Program-made: the position numbers and the translations under genes
Part shown: in pieces, positions 35,525-46,749 of the stretch
Layout: the number at the start of each line of letters is the position of its first letter
How positions within the stretch are numbered: position 1 is the stretch's first letter
Notes under the pieces: model-generated
Told to the model about the DNA's origin: nothing
Databases searched by the model: none
What the model saw: only the letters and a program-made list of their open reading frames with translations
Assembly (NCBI GenBank): GCA_025558095.1
Contig: JAIVFI010000002.1
Coordinates: 1,251,086 to 1,315,085, forward strand
Source of the DNA: Hyaloraphidium curvatum SAG 235-1
Taxonomy: Eukaryota; Fungi; Monoblepharomycota
DNA: 64,000 bases
Direction of reading: 5' to 3'

Positions 35525-37375
35525 TCAGTAGGCCAGCAGGTCCCCGAACCCGTCCGCACCATCCAGCAGGCCCTGCAGCGCGCCGTCGGCGTCCACTGTC
35601 CACGGGCCCTCTGCTGCCGCGGAAAGGTCCGCCTTGAGAGGAAAGCCGCCGCCGAGCGATGCGAGATCCAACGAGAAGCCGGCGTCCTGCACGAAATCGG
35701 GGCCCAACGATCCGTCTGCGTCCCACGGGCTGTCCCACGACCCGTCCGCCTCGGTCGCCGTCCCCTCCCTCGACCCATCCTCCCCGGCTTCCGGCGCGGG
35801 CGCCTCCACCGCCCTCCAACCCCCCACGCCCTCCCTCCACGCCCCCACTTCGGCCGCCACCGCCGCCGCCGCCTCCGCCAGCATCGCCGCGGCCCCCCTT
35901 CCCCCCGGCTCCGACGCCAAAAACGCCGCGGCCCGCACCACGGCCTCCATCCCCCGCACCTGCCCCCCCGTCCTCGCAGCCAGCCGCATCCTCGCGAGCC
36001 GGAACTGCCCCGCCGCCAGCGCGGCCCCCGGCGCCGCCTCCCTCCCCCGCACGCCCCACCCGCCCCCCCTGCACGCCTCGATCCACGCGTCCACCGCGTC
36101 CGCCGCGCGCTCCGCGGCCTCGCCCTGCGCGCCGGGAAGGGACATCCGCGCCAGCCCGTCCTCCAGCGCCGCGGGGCAGGGGGTGGGGCAGCGCACGGGG
36201 TCCGTGGGGCCGCGGGGGAAGGGGTTCTGCCAGCATGCGCGGAGGGCGGCGGGGCGCGGGTGCAGAGCGAGGAGGAGGGCGAGGGGGAGGAGGGCGCGCT
36301 GCGTGCGGAGTTCGGGGGAGGGGGAGGCGGGGGGGAGGAGGGAGTGCAGGAGGGCGAGGTGTGGGAGGATCGAGGGGCCGAGGGGGTGGGAGGGCGTGGT
36401 GGGGAGCTGCGCGGCGCGGGCGCACAGATCCAGGAGAACGGCGATGCGGGCGGGGTGCGGGGTGCGGGCCCAGAGCGGGGCCAGGTTGGCGCGGTCGCCC
36501 TTTGCGAGGGCGGCAAGGATCTCGGAGTAGCGCGGGCCGTGCGGTGCGCGGGGCCAGCCGGCCGGCACGCGGAGGTGGTCGGGCACGGCGATCCGGGGAG
36601 GTACGAGGGCGTCCAGGGCAGCGAGGCGGTCCGAGGAAATGGCCACAGCCCACGCCCGGCGCCACTCCTCTGCCGCAGCCCAGGCGGCGGGCGTGGCTTC
36701 CGCAGCGGGGCCCGAGGCGGCCAACGGGCCCTCGCGGACAACCATGCCGCTCAGGGCGCCGGCGAGCAGCGCCAGCACGCGGGCGCGAACCACGGCGGCG
36801 GCGTCGGAGGGGTCCGCAGCGGGGACGGCGGGCTGCGCGGCGAGGAGCACGGAGGCCGCCAGCGCCGCGGGCAGCGGGTCGGCATCGAGCAGGCCGCCGG
36901 CGACGGAGCCGAGGAGTTCGGGGGGCGGTGCGGCGACCGCCTCGCCGGCGTGGTGCGCGGCGCAGACAACGGCGTACTCGACGGCGAGGCGCAGCGCCGG
37001 CGGCTGTGCGGCGAGGGCGGCGGGCGACAGCCGCGCGGGGTGCAGCACCGACAGCGCCGCGAGGCCCGCTTCCCCGAACCCCGCCGACCCGAGGAGCACC
37101 GCCGGCAGCCCCGCGGGCGGCACATTGGGCGGCTGGGTGGGCGCCGCCCCGTCCCCGTAGTCGCACGCCCTCCCCGTCCGCGAGCACCGCCCGCACCGCG
37201 GCTTCGCGCCGTCGCACTTGTGCCGAACCGCCCGGCAGTGGGCGCACGCCCGCGGCGTCACCGTCGCCGGAGCCCGGCGAACACGCCGGGCTGCAAAAGG
37301 CGCCGGCGTCCCCTCCATCGCGGCCGGAGGCAGGTCCGGATGCGGACGTTCCGAAACCACGTGGCTGGGGAGCAT
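35525..37375 (-). CDS. Zn(II)2Cys6 fungal transcription factor
   Basis: ACAHCRAVRHKCDGAKPRCGRCSRTGRACDY; EEWRRAW. Confidence 0.85.
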   Translation of the reverse strand: MLPSHVVSERPHPDLPPAAMEGTPAPFAARRVRRAPATVTPRACAHCRAVRHKCDGAKPRCGRCSRTGRACDYGDGAAPTQPPNVPPAGLPAVLLGSAGFGEAGLAALSVLHPARLSPAALAAQPPALRLAVEYAVVCAAHHAGEAVAAPPPELLGSVAGGLLDADPLPAALAASVLLAAQPAVPAADPSDAAAVVRARVLALLAGALSGMVVREGPLAASGPAAEATPAAWAAAEEWRRAWAVAISSDRLAALDALVPPRIAVPDHLRVPAGWPRAPHGPRYSEILAALAKGDRANLAPLWARTPHPARIAVLLDLCARAAQLPTTPSHPLGPSILPHLALLHSLLPPASPSPELRTQRALLPLALLLALHPRPAALRACWQNPFPRGPTDPVRCPTPCPAALEDGLARMSLPGAQGEAAERAADAVDAWIEACRGGGWGVRGREAAPGAALAAGQFRLARMRLAARTGGQVRGMEAVVRAAAFLASEPGGRGAAAMLAEAAAAVAAEVGAWREGVGGWRAVEAPAPEAGEDGSREGTATEADGSWDSPWDADGSLGPDFVQDAGFSLDLASLGGGFPLKADLSAAAEGPWTVDADGALQGLLDGADGFGDLLAY

Positions 37376-37500
37376 CTCGCGCCGATCACTCGATTCACGG
37401 CTCCCGGCTGCCCATCACCACGGGCGAGGTGCCCGATCAGGTCCAGGCCATCGGGCAAGTCCTCCGCCTCATCGATCCGGGGATCGGCCTTCCCGATCTC

Positions 37501-37502
<2 letters not shown>

Positions 37503-37531
<29 letters not shown>
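37503..37531. repeat. Poly-C/poly-G homopolymer of about 29 nt
   Basis: Direct reading of the sequence. Confidence 0.85.
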
Positions 37532-37533
<2 letters not shown>

Positions 37534-37696
37534 GGCTACGGCGGTGACGGGGCGATCGCCGAGGGGCTCGCGGACGAAGACGGCGTGGGGCCAGGCGGGC
37601 TGCGTAAGGTGTCGGATTGACACGACACCAACTGACCGTCTGCTGCAGAGCAATCCGGCCTTCACCTCGCTGCTCGACCTTCGCCGCTGTCAACCG

Positions 37697-38270
37697 CTAA
37701 TCGGAGCACTGCGACGGCGGGCACGCGGACCCCACAACGGCGAACAGCGTGGTCCCGGTCTCTGTGCCCCACGTGCTGCACCCGGTCATGGTCCTGCAGC
37801 TGTTGGCGGCGGTGAACGCGTAGTGCGTGCACCCGGTCCTGCCGGCGCACGCCTGGCTGCAGGCCTCGAGCGAGGTCGCCCCCGCGTGGGTCTGCTGGCC
37901 CGTCGGCTGGCAGCACAGCCTGTTTGCGCCGCAGCTCGTGTCGGAGGCGTAGCGGCGGTACAGCGCGTGGTCGGCGTGCGGGGCGGCGATGCAGGCCACG
38001 CGGTCGGCGGGGGCGCCGGGGTGGGCGAACTCGCTGGGCGTGGGACGCGGGCGTCAGGGCCGCGCGGGCAGCGCCGAGCGCGGCGCACCAGAATTCCCAT
38101 TCCGCGCAGTCGGCGCAGCTGCGTCGGAACACGGCGGGCGGGCCGCCGGCGATGGGCGCGGGCCTGAGGCGGCGGTCAGGCCGAGGCGGGGGCGGCGGCG
38201 CGGCAACCCACGACGCGGCGGTCGCGACGGCGGCGGCGAGCAGGGCGGCGAGCACGAGCTGGGTCCGCAT
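37697..38270 (-). CDS. Secreted protein: signal peptide + 4-Cys dibasic-flanked cassette + PAN/apple-like domain
   Basis: Spliced MRTQLVLAALLAAAVATAA-SPAP...VFRRSCADCAEWEFCEFAHPGAPADRVACI...LYRRY...SLEACSQACAGRTGCTHYAF...C. Confidence 0.75.
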
Positions 38271-38866
38271 CGCCGGGCCGATGGAGGCGGGGCGCCCTGG
38301 GGGGGATGGGGACACGGGTCGTAGGGAAACGGGAAACGAGGGATCCAGGGACGTGCCGTTGCGCTCTGTCCTCCCGAATCGGCAACGCGCATCACTTCGA
38401 GCTCGACGGGCCGGAAAGCCGGCCGGCGCGCGGCGTGGAGCAGCTGGTTTCCGTTCAGGCGGCAGCAAGTGGGCTCGGCGACGACTTTCGTGCGGTCGAT
38501 CCGCGCGGCCTCCAAGGGGAGCGAGCAGTCCCAATGCGCGAGGGCGTCGGGTTTCCGATCGCGTCGAAGGACGCTGCGGCCGGGTGCGTATTTTCTAAGA
38601 AGGGCCCCGGAACGTGCTCGCAGTCCAGCGAAAGCAACGTCAAATCCGCGGGGAAAGAGAATTCGCCTGGCGGAAAGACGTGGCCAAGTTGCGCAGGCTT
38701 GAAAGTTCCTCGATGACCAGCATCAGCACCTCGGAAGGGAACACGGGCGCGTCGCCCGAAGCGCTTTCCGTTATCTGCTCCGTTTTGCTGGAATCCGCGG
38801 CGATCGAGTCTTCAATGAGTCGGACCGGGAAAACCCTTCCCCCGCTTCGTCCAGCTCGCCGCCGAA

Positions 38867-40183
38867 ATGGCTCCCACGGCGTCGGACCTCTCCTCCTTCC
38901 CTCTGCGGACCGCGCGCGTGAATGGCATCGATATGCGTCCGTGTTGTGTTTCGGGCACCCATTGGCGTCCCCGGCTCACGGTTCGGCCGCAGGGTTCGTC
39001 GACGCGAGGCCGGACGGGCGCGAGCTCGGGACGATGATCTTCATCCACGGGTTCCCCGAGGCAGGCCGATTTGCGGGAGCCGAAGTGCCGGTATCTCCTG
39101 ACGTCTCCATCGCCCCAGTCTTGGATGGAATGGCGGCACCAGATCCCGCACTTTGTCGCGAAGGGATACCGGGTCATCGCGCCCAACACCAGGGGCTACA
39201 GTGGGGTCGTTTGCCGATTGGAGGCCGTCGGCGTGTTTTGATGGTCCGTGTGCGCGCAGACAAGGGGGAGCCGCGGCCGAGGGCAGCGGACAAGGAGCTG
39301 AAGAACACGCACTACACTCTGGCCAACGCGGCGCGCGACATGAAGGAGCTGCTGGACCACTGCGGGGTGAAGAAGGCCATCGTGGTTGCGCATGACTGGT
39401 GAGCCTGCCCGGTGTGCACGTTGCCCGGGTCGGACCTCACGTCGGACATCCTGCCAGGGGCGCGGTCCTGTCGATGCGGTTCTACAACCTCTACCCCGAA
39501 TACTTCGAGAAGTACGTCCTCATCTGCATCCCCTACTCCCTGCCGCCCGCGCAGTACGTGCCGATCGAGGAGGCGGCAAAGGCCGTGAAGCTCCTGAACT
39601 ACCAGGTCTACTTCAACTCGGACAAGGCCGAGGACGAGCTCAACGAGCAGACGGACCTCTTCATCAACTTCTTCTTCTCCCGCATGACCCGCGATTTCCA
39701 GAGGGGCATGGACATGATCACGCCGACCTTCGGCGTCATCGACTCGGCCAAGGCCAACGGCTACCCGCGCAACGACTGCCTCCTCTCCGCCGAGGAGATC
39801 GAGGCGTACAAGAAGCACATGCGGGAAATCGGGGGCTGGGGTGGGCCGCTCCAGTGGTACAGGATGGGCGAGACCACCTACCGGGATTTCAACGACGGGA
39901 GGAAACTGCAGCTCGAAGTGGAGGTCCCGCTCCTCTTCATCGGCCCACAGTTCGACTCCCCATTCTGGAAGGGCGCGGCGAGCGACGCGATGAGGAAGCA
40001 CGCCAAGGACCTTACGCTCAGGGTGGGTTGGACCGAAGCTCGGCGCGGGTTACCTCTCACCCCGGGGACGAGCAGGAGATCGCCAAGGCGGGGCACTGGG
40101 TGGCATACGAGAAGCCGGACGAGGTCAACGCCATCATTTCGGAGTGGCTGGACGCCCGCGCCGCGGCGGAACCGAAGATGTGA
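38867..40183 (+). CDS. Epoxide hydrolase-like alpha/beta hydrolase (spliced, includes a GC-AG intron)
   Basis: FIHGFPE-SWMEWRHQI, AHDWGA, GPLQWYR, GHWVAYEKPDEVN. Confidence 0.9.
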
Positions 40184-40244
40184 TGCTCGGACTCTGTCGT
40201 TATTGATTCCATGACGTGAAGATGCCATGTCTTCCCGAGCGATC

Positions 40245-43124
40245 CTACGCCGCGGGCTCGCCAACAAAGAACCACGGGTCGCCCTTCCCCTTTGCCCCAA
40301 CCTCCACCCTCTCCTCGGCCACGTAGTCTTCCCACTTGATCCCGCGGTCCCGCATCAGCCTCTCCAGGTGGGGCAGCACCTCCTCCTCGGGCACGAACAG
40401 GGCAAAGTCCAGCGCCGCGTACACCTGGAACTCGGCCGCCTTGACCATCTGCTCCGTCACCCCGAGCTCGTCCTCCATCCGCGAAAACAGCTCCGTGAAG
40501 TCCGTGTTCTCCTTGCTGTCGTTGATCTTGACGGCCAGGAGGAAGCACGCCGCGGCGACGAGGCGCCGGTTCAGCTTGGCCACGCGGCGCTGCGCGACCA
40601 GCTTCTCGAAGTAGACGAACGACATGGCCGCGCTCGACAGCTCCAGCCCTTCCTCCATGGCCACGTCCACGACCTTTTTCTTGATCGAGCGGATCATCGA
40701 CAGCGTCAGCGTCGGGTCCAGGTCCGGGTGCAGCGAGCGGAACTGCTCGTTGATCTCGTCCTTGAGCTCCCGCCGCGGCGCAAACTGGATGATGGAGGAG
40801 AGGTACGACGGCAGCGCCATCACGGTGCGGTGCTTGCCGGTCCGGAGTGTGGGGTCGTCGAGCGCGAAGGGGTTGTACCGGCTGTAAGGAACGGTCGGCG
40901 TCCTTGCCGGGTCCGCGGGTCCCAGCATCCCCGTGCTCCGCAGCGCGGCGGCGAAGCTCTCGGCCTTGATCCGACCCTTCTCCATGCCCGCGGCGGTCAT
41001 CTGGCCCGGCAGGTACGAGCCGATCAGCACCGGCTGGCCGCCGCCCGTGGTGACGACGCCCAGAAGCCCCTGCTGCTGGATGGTCGGCACCGCGACCACA
41101 GGCACACCGTCCACCTCGTCCTCGAACTGCGCTGCCGACGACGGCCGTGCCTGCGTAGCCGGGGTGACCGTGACCTTTGGGCCAGCCCCCACCCTCGCCC
41201 GAGGCGTCCCCGGCGGCACCGAAACATCGTCCGCCGCCCTCCTCCCCAACCTCCCGACGCTCCCGACCCCCGCCTGAACCTCCTGCCCTCCCCCCTCCGC
41301 CCTCGCCCTCCTCTTTCGCACCTCTTGCCCTTCCCTCGCGGTCCACCTCCGCACGGAGGACACCGCCACCGGCCCCCCGGGGGGGGCAACGGTCCACACC
41401 GGCCGCCCGTTCGTGAGCTCCGCCACGAGCCCCTTTCCCGGGGTCCGCAGGCCGCGGCCGGGGACGATGAGCACGTCCTCCTCGCCGTCCCTTTCGGCGG
41501 GCCGCAAAAAGGGGGTGCGGTCGTCGGGGGGTTCCACCGCGGTCGGAAAGTCCGGGGCCGGCTCGCCGGGGTCCGACCGGCGCCGCTTGCCGGGGGGTTG
41601 CTCGCCCAGTTCCAGGTCCTGCGGGGGGAGGGAGCGCGAGCCGAGCATGGAGAGGGTGCGCCAGAGGCCTTTGAAGCCGGCGCGCTTTGCGGCGGTGGAG
41701 ACCCGGGCGAGGGCCGAGGTTTGCTCGGGGGTCTGCACGGGCGCGGGGGGGATGTTGATCACCGTCGACGGGGCCAGCGGCTGCGTGGGGCGGGGGCGTT
41801 CGGCTTCTGCGGTGGTGGGGGCCGGCGTCGGGGGCTGCGAGGTGACGGTGGGGACGGCAGAGGTCACCGACGGCGCCGAGCTCCCCGAGCCGGCCGAGCC
41901 CGTCGACGCCCTGCCGACCGTGCCGGATGCCCCGGCACTCGAAACGCTGCCGCGCTTGCTGTCCGGCCCTTGCCCGACGAGGCGCGACTTTTGCGCGGCG
42001 GCGAGCATCGCCGCCTCGTTCCTCAACCGGCTGATGGCGGGGCTGGTAGGCAGCGAACCCGCCAGCCGCGTCCGCAGGGAGGCGGGAAGCGCGTCCGCGA
42101 GCGAGCCCGCGGCTGATTCCGTGACGGCAGAGGAAGGCACGTCCGTGGCCGGGGTAGCAAGCCCCATGGCGGAGAAGCTGACCGGCTCCGGCTCGCGGAA
42201 CCGGAACCGCGTGCTGCGCGACGACGCCGAGCCCCTCCCGGAAAACGCCGGCCTCACGCGGCGCCCTGCGCCCCGGTCCTCGATTTCGGTGAGGTCCGGC
42301 TCGTCGGCCGTCATGCTCTCTCCGTCCTCGCCCGCGGCGGCCTGCAGCTCCGCGCGGCGCTCCTCGAGGGCGGCCCAGTCGATGCCGGCCTTGGAGGGCA
42401 CGCCGAGGGAGATGGAGGAGAGGAAGTCGACCGCGGCACGCTCCTTGGGATTGAGCTGGGAGTACGTCCGCTTAAGGCGGGGCGGGGCGGGATCGGGGAG
42501 CGGGGCAAGCGGGGCCAGTTGCGAGCCCGGGGTGAAGATAATCTCGCCGAGGGAGGAACGCCGCCGCCGTGCGGGGGGCAGGACGAAAGTGTCGGTGGGG
42601 GTGCTGTCCGTGCCAGGCGCGGTGTGGGAGTGGGGCAGGATGCGGAGCCGCTGGAGCGGCGGGCTGCCTGAGCGGGCGGAAACGCCCGAGAAGAGGGACG
42701 TCGGCGACATGGGGGAAAGCGGGGAGGTGACCGGGCCCCCGTCGTCGCCCTTTAAAGCCACAATGATATCCGGATCCGAGGTCGACAGGCTCGAAAGACT
42801 CGACATGGCCGAGACGGGTTGGGCACCCGGGGGTTTCGAGCCCGACGACGTCCGGCCCTTTGTCCGCGTTCTGCCCTCCGAGGCCTTCCCGTCCACCACG
42901 CCGATAGTCTCCGGCGCAACACCCGAAGCCGAAGTTTCCTTTTTGTCGGGGATCGGGGGCGGTGGCCGGCCGTGCGGGCCGTACGGGAGCGGCTCGGCCG
43001 CCGACGCGTCGCCGTCCAATGCGGCCGCCGCGGCGCCGTCCGGGCGGGGCGGCCGACGATCGGGCGGCTCCACAGCATCGTTTGACGCGTCCCCAGACGC
43101 CTGGAGTGGGTCTGCGGACGCCAT
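40245..43124 (-). CDS. CABLES-like (CDK5 and ABL1 enzyme substrate) cyclin-fold protein
   Basis: YNPFALDDPTLRTGKHRTVMALPSYLSSII, LKDEINEQFR..HP, LTLSMIRSIK, FVYFEKLV, NRRLVAAACFLLAVKIND. Confidence 0.85.
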   Translation of the reverse strand: MASADPLQASGDASNDAVEPPDRRPPRPDGAAAAALDGDASAAEPLPYGPHGRPPPPIPDKKETSASGVAPETIGVVDGKASEGRTRTKGRTSSGSKPPGAQPVSAMSSLSSLSTSDPDIIVALKGDDGGPVTSPLSPMSPTSLFSGVSARSGSPPLQRLRILPHSHTAPGTDSTPTDTFVLPPARRRRSSLGEIIFTPGSQLAPLAPLPDPAPPRLKRTYSQLNPKERAAVDFLSSISLGVPSKAGIDWAALEERRAELQAAAGEDGESMTADEPDLTEIEDRGAGRRVRPAFSGRGSASSRSTRFRFREPEPVSFSAMGLATPATDVPSSAVTESAAGSLADALPASLRTRLAGSLPTSPAISRLRNEAAMLAAAQKSRLVGQGPDSKRGSVSSAGASGTVGRASTGSAGSGSSAPSVTSAVPTVTSQPPTPAPTTAEAERPRPTQPLAPSTVINIPPAPVQTPEQTSALARVSTAAKRAGFKGLWRTLSMLGSRSLPPQDLELGEQPPGKRRRSDPGEPAPDFPTAVEPPDDRTPFLRPAERDGEEDVLIVPGRGLRTPGKGLVAELTNGRPVWTVAPPGGPVAVSSVRRWTAREGQEVRKRRARAEGGGQEVQAGVGSVGRLGRRAADDVSVPPGTPRARVGAGPKVTVTPATQARPSSAAQFEDEVDGVPVVAVPTIQQQGLLGVVTTGGGQPVLIGSYLPGQMTAAGMEKGRIKAESFAAALRSTGMLGPADPARTPTVPYSRYNPFALDDPTLRTGKHRTVMALPSYLSSIIQFAPRRELKDEINEQFRSLHPDLDPTLTLSMIRSIKKKVVDVAMEEGLELSSAAMSFVYFEKLVAQRRVAKLNRRLVAAACFLLAVKINDSKENTDFTELFSRMEDELGVTEQMVKAAEFQVYAALDFALFVPEEEVLPHLERLMRDRGIKWEDYVAEERVEVGAKGKGDPWFFVGEPAA

Positions 43125-43558
43125 GTCCGCGCCGCCCGTGGGCGGTTGAAAGGCAAGGTGTTTGCTGCAAACCATCAACCAAAAACCAACTTCCTGGAGC
43201 TTTACCGCCCGCTGGAGCTCCTGGGGGCAGTGGTACGCTTCCTGACGCGCCCATCGCTGCCGCTGTTCTGCTTCGCGACTGCGGGCCGCGCTACGTACAG
43301 AGATCAAGAACGCCGAGGCGAGGATCGTGGCCGCTGGCCTGCCTCAACCACCTCCGCAGCGCCCGACCCCGGCCGGTAGCCTCCCCGTGCTCGCCTGCTG
43401 AGCTCCGCGCCGTGCTCGAGCGCGCGGGGTTGAGCAACCCCGCCCTGGAGATCGTGGCGACGGGCCGGGGGCGCTGGAGTTGCCTTACGTGGGCCACCAC
43501 TGCAGATTGGTTTGTAATGTCATTGCCGATTGCATTTGGGGATTGCAGTGCGCGATGA

Positions 43559-44370
43559 TCATGTCGCGACACAGCACCCTGCAAATGACCCCGCGGTGCT
43601 CGCCGGGCCCGAGTTCGAGCACTTGTAAGCGCCGGAGGTCGTCCCTGTCACGGCCCCGGTGGCCGCCTCGCAGTAGACCGTCTTTCCGGCGGTTTCGGCC
43701 GTGACCAGGACCGCCTCGCCGCCCGAGATGCACAGCTTGTACACCTGCTGGCACACCAAGGGCTCCAGGAGCAGCGACGGCACGCAGCAAGTAGCACCCG
43801 AGGTGGTGTAGCACACACCCGAGGTGGTCGTGGAGCCCGTGGCGGTCGGATGCCCGGTGCCCATGTGGCAGGCGGTATACTGGGCCGCGCCGCCGTCGCA
43901 GAGCTTGCTGGTGGGGTAGGCGCCTAGGATGTCCGAGTTGGGGCAGGCGCCGTTGGTGGGCGAGGTGTAGCGGCGGTAGAGCGCCCGCGGGCCGGCGGCA
44001 GCATTGTAGCTGACGCAGGCGACGGAGTCTTTGGGGCCTTTGGGGTAACCGTACTCGCTGTGGGTCGTGGGTCGACGGTCAGTGGGGCGGGCCGTCAGTG
44101 CCTGTTGGCTTTCTGCCGGGGGGACGCAAAGGTCCCACCAAAAGGAGGCTTCAGCGCACTCGGAACATGAACGGCGATAAATGACGTCGCCATTGTCGAG
44201 CATCGGCGCAGGACTGCGGTAAGGGCGACGCAAGCGGATGAGGGACGTGCGGCCCCGCGGTAATGCGCGGCGCGACTTTACCTCGCCGAGGCCGCGGCCG
44301 CGAAGAAGGAGAAAGCCGCGAGGAGGCTCACAGCCACTGCGGCAGGAAGCGAAAGACGGAAGTGTATCAT
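43559..44370 (-). CDS. Secreted Cys-rich protein: signal + 4-Cys cassette + two 6-Cys repeats
   Basis: Spliced MIHFRLSLPAAVAVSLLAAFSFFAAAASA-SPAP...IYRRSCSECAEASFCEYGYPKGPKDSVACV...LYRRY; 12 Cys after the second RR. Confidence 0.8.
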
Positions 44371-44964
44371 TGCTGTAGATTTCTGGGTGTGTGCGTCACC
44401 TCACCGTCCTTCGGCGGGGCGGAGATTTCGCTCGCACCAGCCCGGGCTCCGGAATCTTCGCTTGCGAAGATTTTCACATCCAATCACACGATGTGAGCCC
44501 ATGGCAAAGCATTGGTTTGAGCTCCCAAACCCCGCACATCCGTTCCAGACGCCGTTGGAATGCAACTCTGCAGCTACGAGTTTGCCTCGGACGTGAGCGG
44601 GGCACGGCCGTACAGTGCCAGGTCGTGACCGCCGTGCCCGCAGCCCCTGGGAATAACGAAGCACGGCCTGCCACGCAGCTTATTAAGAAAGAGTGCTCCC
44701 TCAGGGACTTCGTTCCGCCGCGACGAACTGACAGCTGTTAAGGGGGGCGATGGGCTCCCTCCGCAGCCCGCTCCCGGAGAGGGCTGGGCATGCGGGCCAG
44801 CTCGGGCTCGGAGACGGTCACCTCCATTGCGGACTACATTGGGGAGCAAAAGGACGAATGCACCAGAACACTCGGATGCGCGTTCGAGACGAGAGACCTG
44901 CCGGCAGGATCAGATTGAACACCCGGCAGTGCTCGACGTCCACCAACAGCAGAACGACTATTCC

Positions 44965-45735
44965 TTAGGAGAAGGCGGTGCAGCACCCCGCGATCGACCC
45001 CGCGGTCGTTCCCAAGGCCCCGTCACATATGGCGGAGCCCGTGTTGCCGCCTGTCACGGCCCCCGTGGATGCATTGCAGTAGATCGGCTGTCCTGCGGTC
45101 GCGGCTGTGTACAAGGCCGCGTCGGCTCCCGAGGTGCACAGCTTCTCAGTGCCGCAGGTGCCCTGCAGGACCGAGGCTGGCATGCAGCACACGGCGCTCC
45201 CCGCGACGCACACGCCGGACGCGGAGGCGGCGCCGCTAGCGGGGGCGAGACCGGTGGCCATATCGCAGGCCGCCCACTGGCCGGAGCCGGAGGCGCAGAG
45301 CTTGCTGGTGGGGTAGGAGCCGGTGATGCTCGCGTCGGTGCAGGCCCCGTTGGGGGCGTCGGCGTAGCGGCGGTAGAGCTCACTGCGGGTGCCGGCGCGG
45401 TCGTAGGTGATGCAGGCGACGGAGTCCATGGGGCCGCCGGGGTAGCCGTACTCGCTGTGCGTCGTCGGCGGTGCGTGGGCACGTTGGCGTTAGCTCGAAG
45501 GCGGGCATCCCGGCAGCGAATTCCCACCAAAATTCGGCGGCATCGCATTCGGCACATGCCCGGCGGAAGATGACGGAGGTCTTGTCGAGTGGCGCGGGGC
45601 TGCGGGCGCAGATGAGGGACGCGCCACCAAAACGGTCCTACGCCTTCACCTTGCGGAGACGACAGCGAAAGAGAGGGAGAGAATTATGGCCACGAGGCCG
45701 ACGGCCTTGACGGGCAGCGGGAGGGAGCTGGGCAT
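44965..45735 (-). CDS. Secreted Cys-rich protein, tandem paralog of 43559-44370
   Basis: Spliced MPSSLPLPVKAVGLVAIILSLSFAVVSA-SPAP...IFRRACAECDAAEFCEYGYPGGPMDSVACI...LYRRY; the same 12 Cys. Confidence 0.8.
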
Positions 45736-46749
45736 GGTTGTCGTGGTGATGAGGGTGAACACGTCGCTCGGCGATGCCCGCCGAGGGTCTCCCTACTGGC
45801 TCGGAAGCGAAATACACGACGGTGTCGGGCGGCATTCCCTCCCCCAATAACGGGACGGCCCCGCGCCCGGCAACAAGAAGTCCACTTTCAAACCTTTGGG
45901 ATGCGGCCTCTCATCGGCGGAATCGTGCGCAAGGGACCGGCTGGATCCATGGGAGACGCGGGGCGCGCAGCAACATCTCTGCCTGGCGAATGCAAGACAA
46001 CCATCCGCCAGACGAACTTATTTCCTGCTGCATTGACACCATCGGAGCCGCAACCGATGATCGACATTTTCGAGACAAAGGCGTAACGATGCTGACGCGA
46101 GCCCGCGACCAGGGCCCTGTGTCGGGGGCGGTGGGATCGGGTGAAGAAGGCAGACTATTACGCCAAGGCTATATCTCGTTGTGGTCTATTCTTTCCATGG
46201 TTTACCGCTACGATTTGATGTAGGCCATGGGTCCTGCCCGGGACCGGACTCACGGCCATTGCACCATCCGGATCCTGGCTGACTCGGTGATGTACAGGCG
46301 CGTCCTCGCAGCGTCGTACGCCAGGCGGTACGTGCTCTTGAACATCGTGTTGGCTTCCGACGGCGGCAGGCTGTCCCCTGCGAAGCCCGAAGGGCCGCCT
46401 GTGGCCCGTCAAGGAAATGACCACGTGATGCCGGACGGATGCCGCGGAACGAGGAGGTGCTGCCGCTGCGCGCAGAGGGCTTCGCGCGGTGGGCCGAGAA
46501 GCCAAGAGCCCAGGCAACCGCGATCCGTTCGCGGAAGAGCCGCACAAAGCAGAGTAAAGACCATCGAGGTTCACGGGCTGCCCATCGCGGCCGCCAATCC
46601 CGGGGTCTGGATGCGCCACATCTCCGAGGAGAAGCGCGAGAAAGAGTCAGAGACAGCGCTTTCTTGGAGCTCGGAGCCGTCAGACTGGTCGCCCGGGTGC
46701 GATCAGAGTGTTGATGGAAGTCACCCGCTCTTCTATGCTCTTCGCGAAT

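Noticed and set aside
35278-38167. Several long overlapping ORFs (487-653 aa) rich in Arg/Pro/Gly/Ala
   Set aside because: These are shadow frames produced by very high GC; only the Zn2Cys6 frame has recognisable motifs.
39061-39118. Apparent frameshift in the epoxide hydrolase
   Set aside because: It is explained by a GC-AG intron (GAG|GCAGGC...CCAG|TCT) that restores HGFPE-SW.
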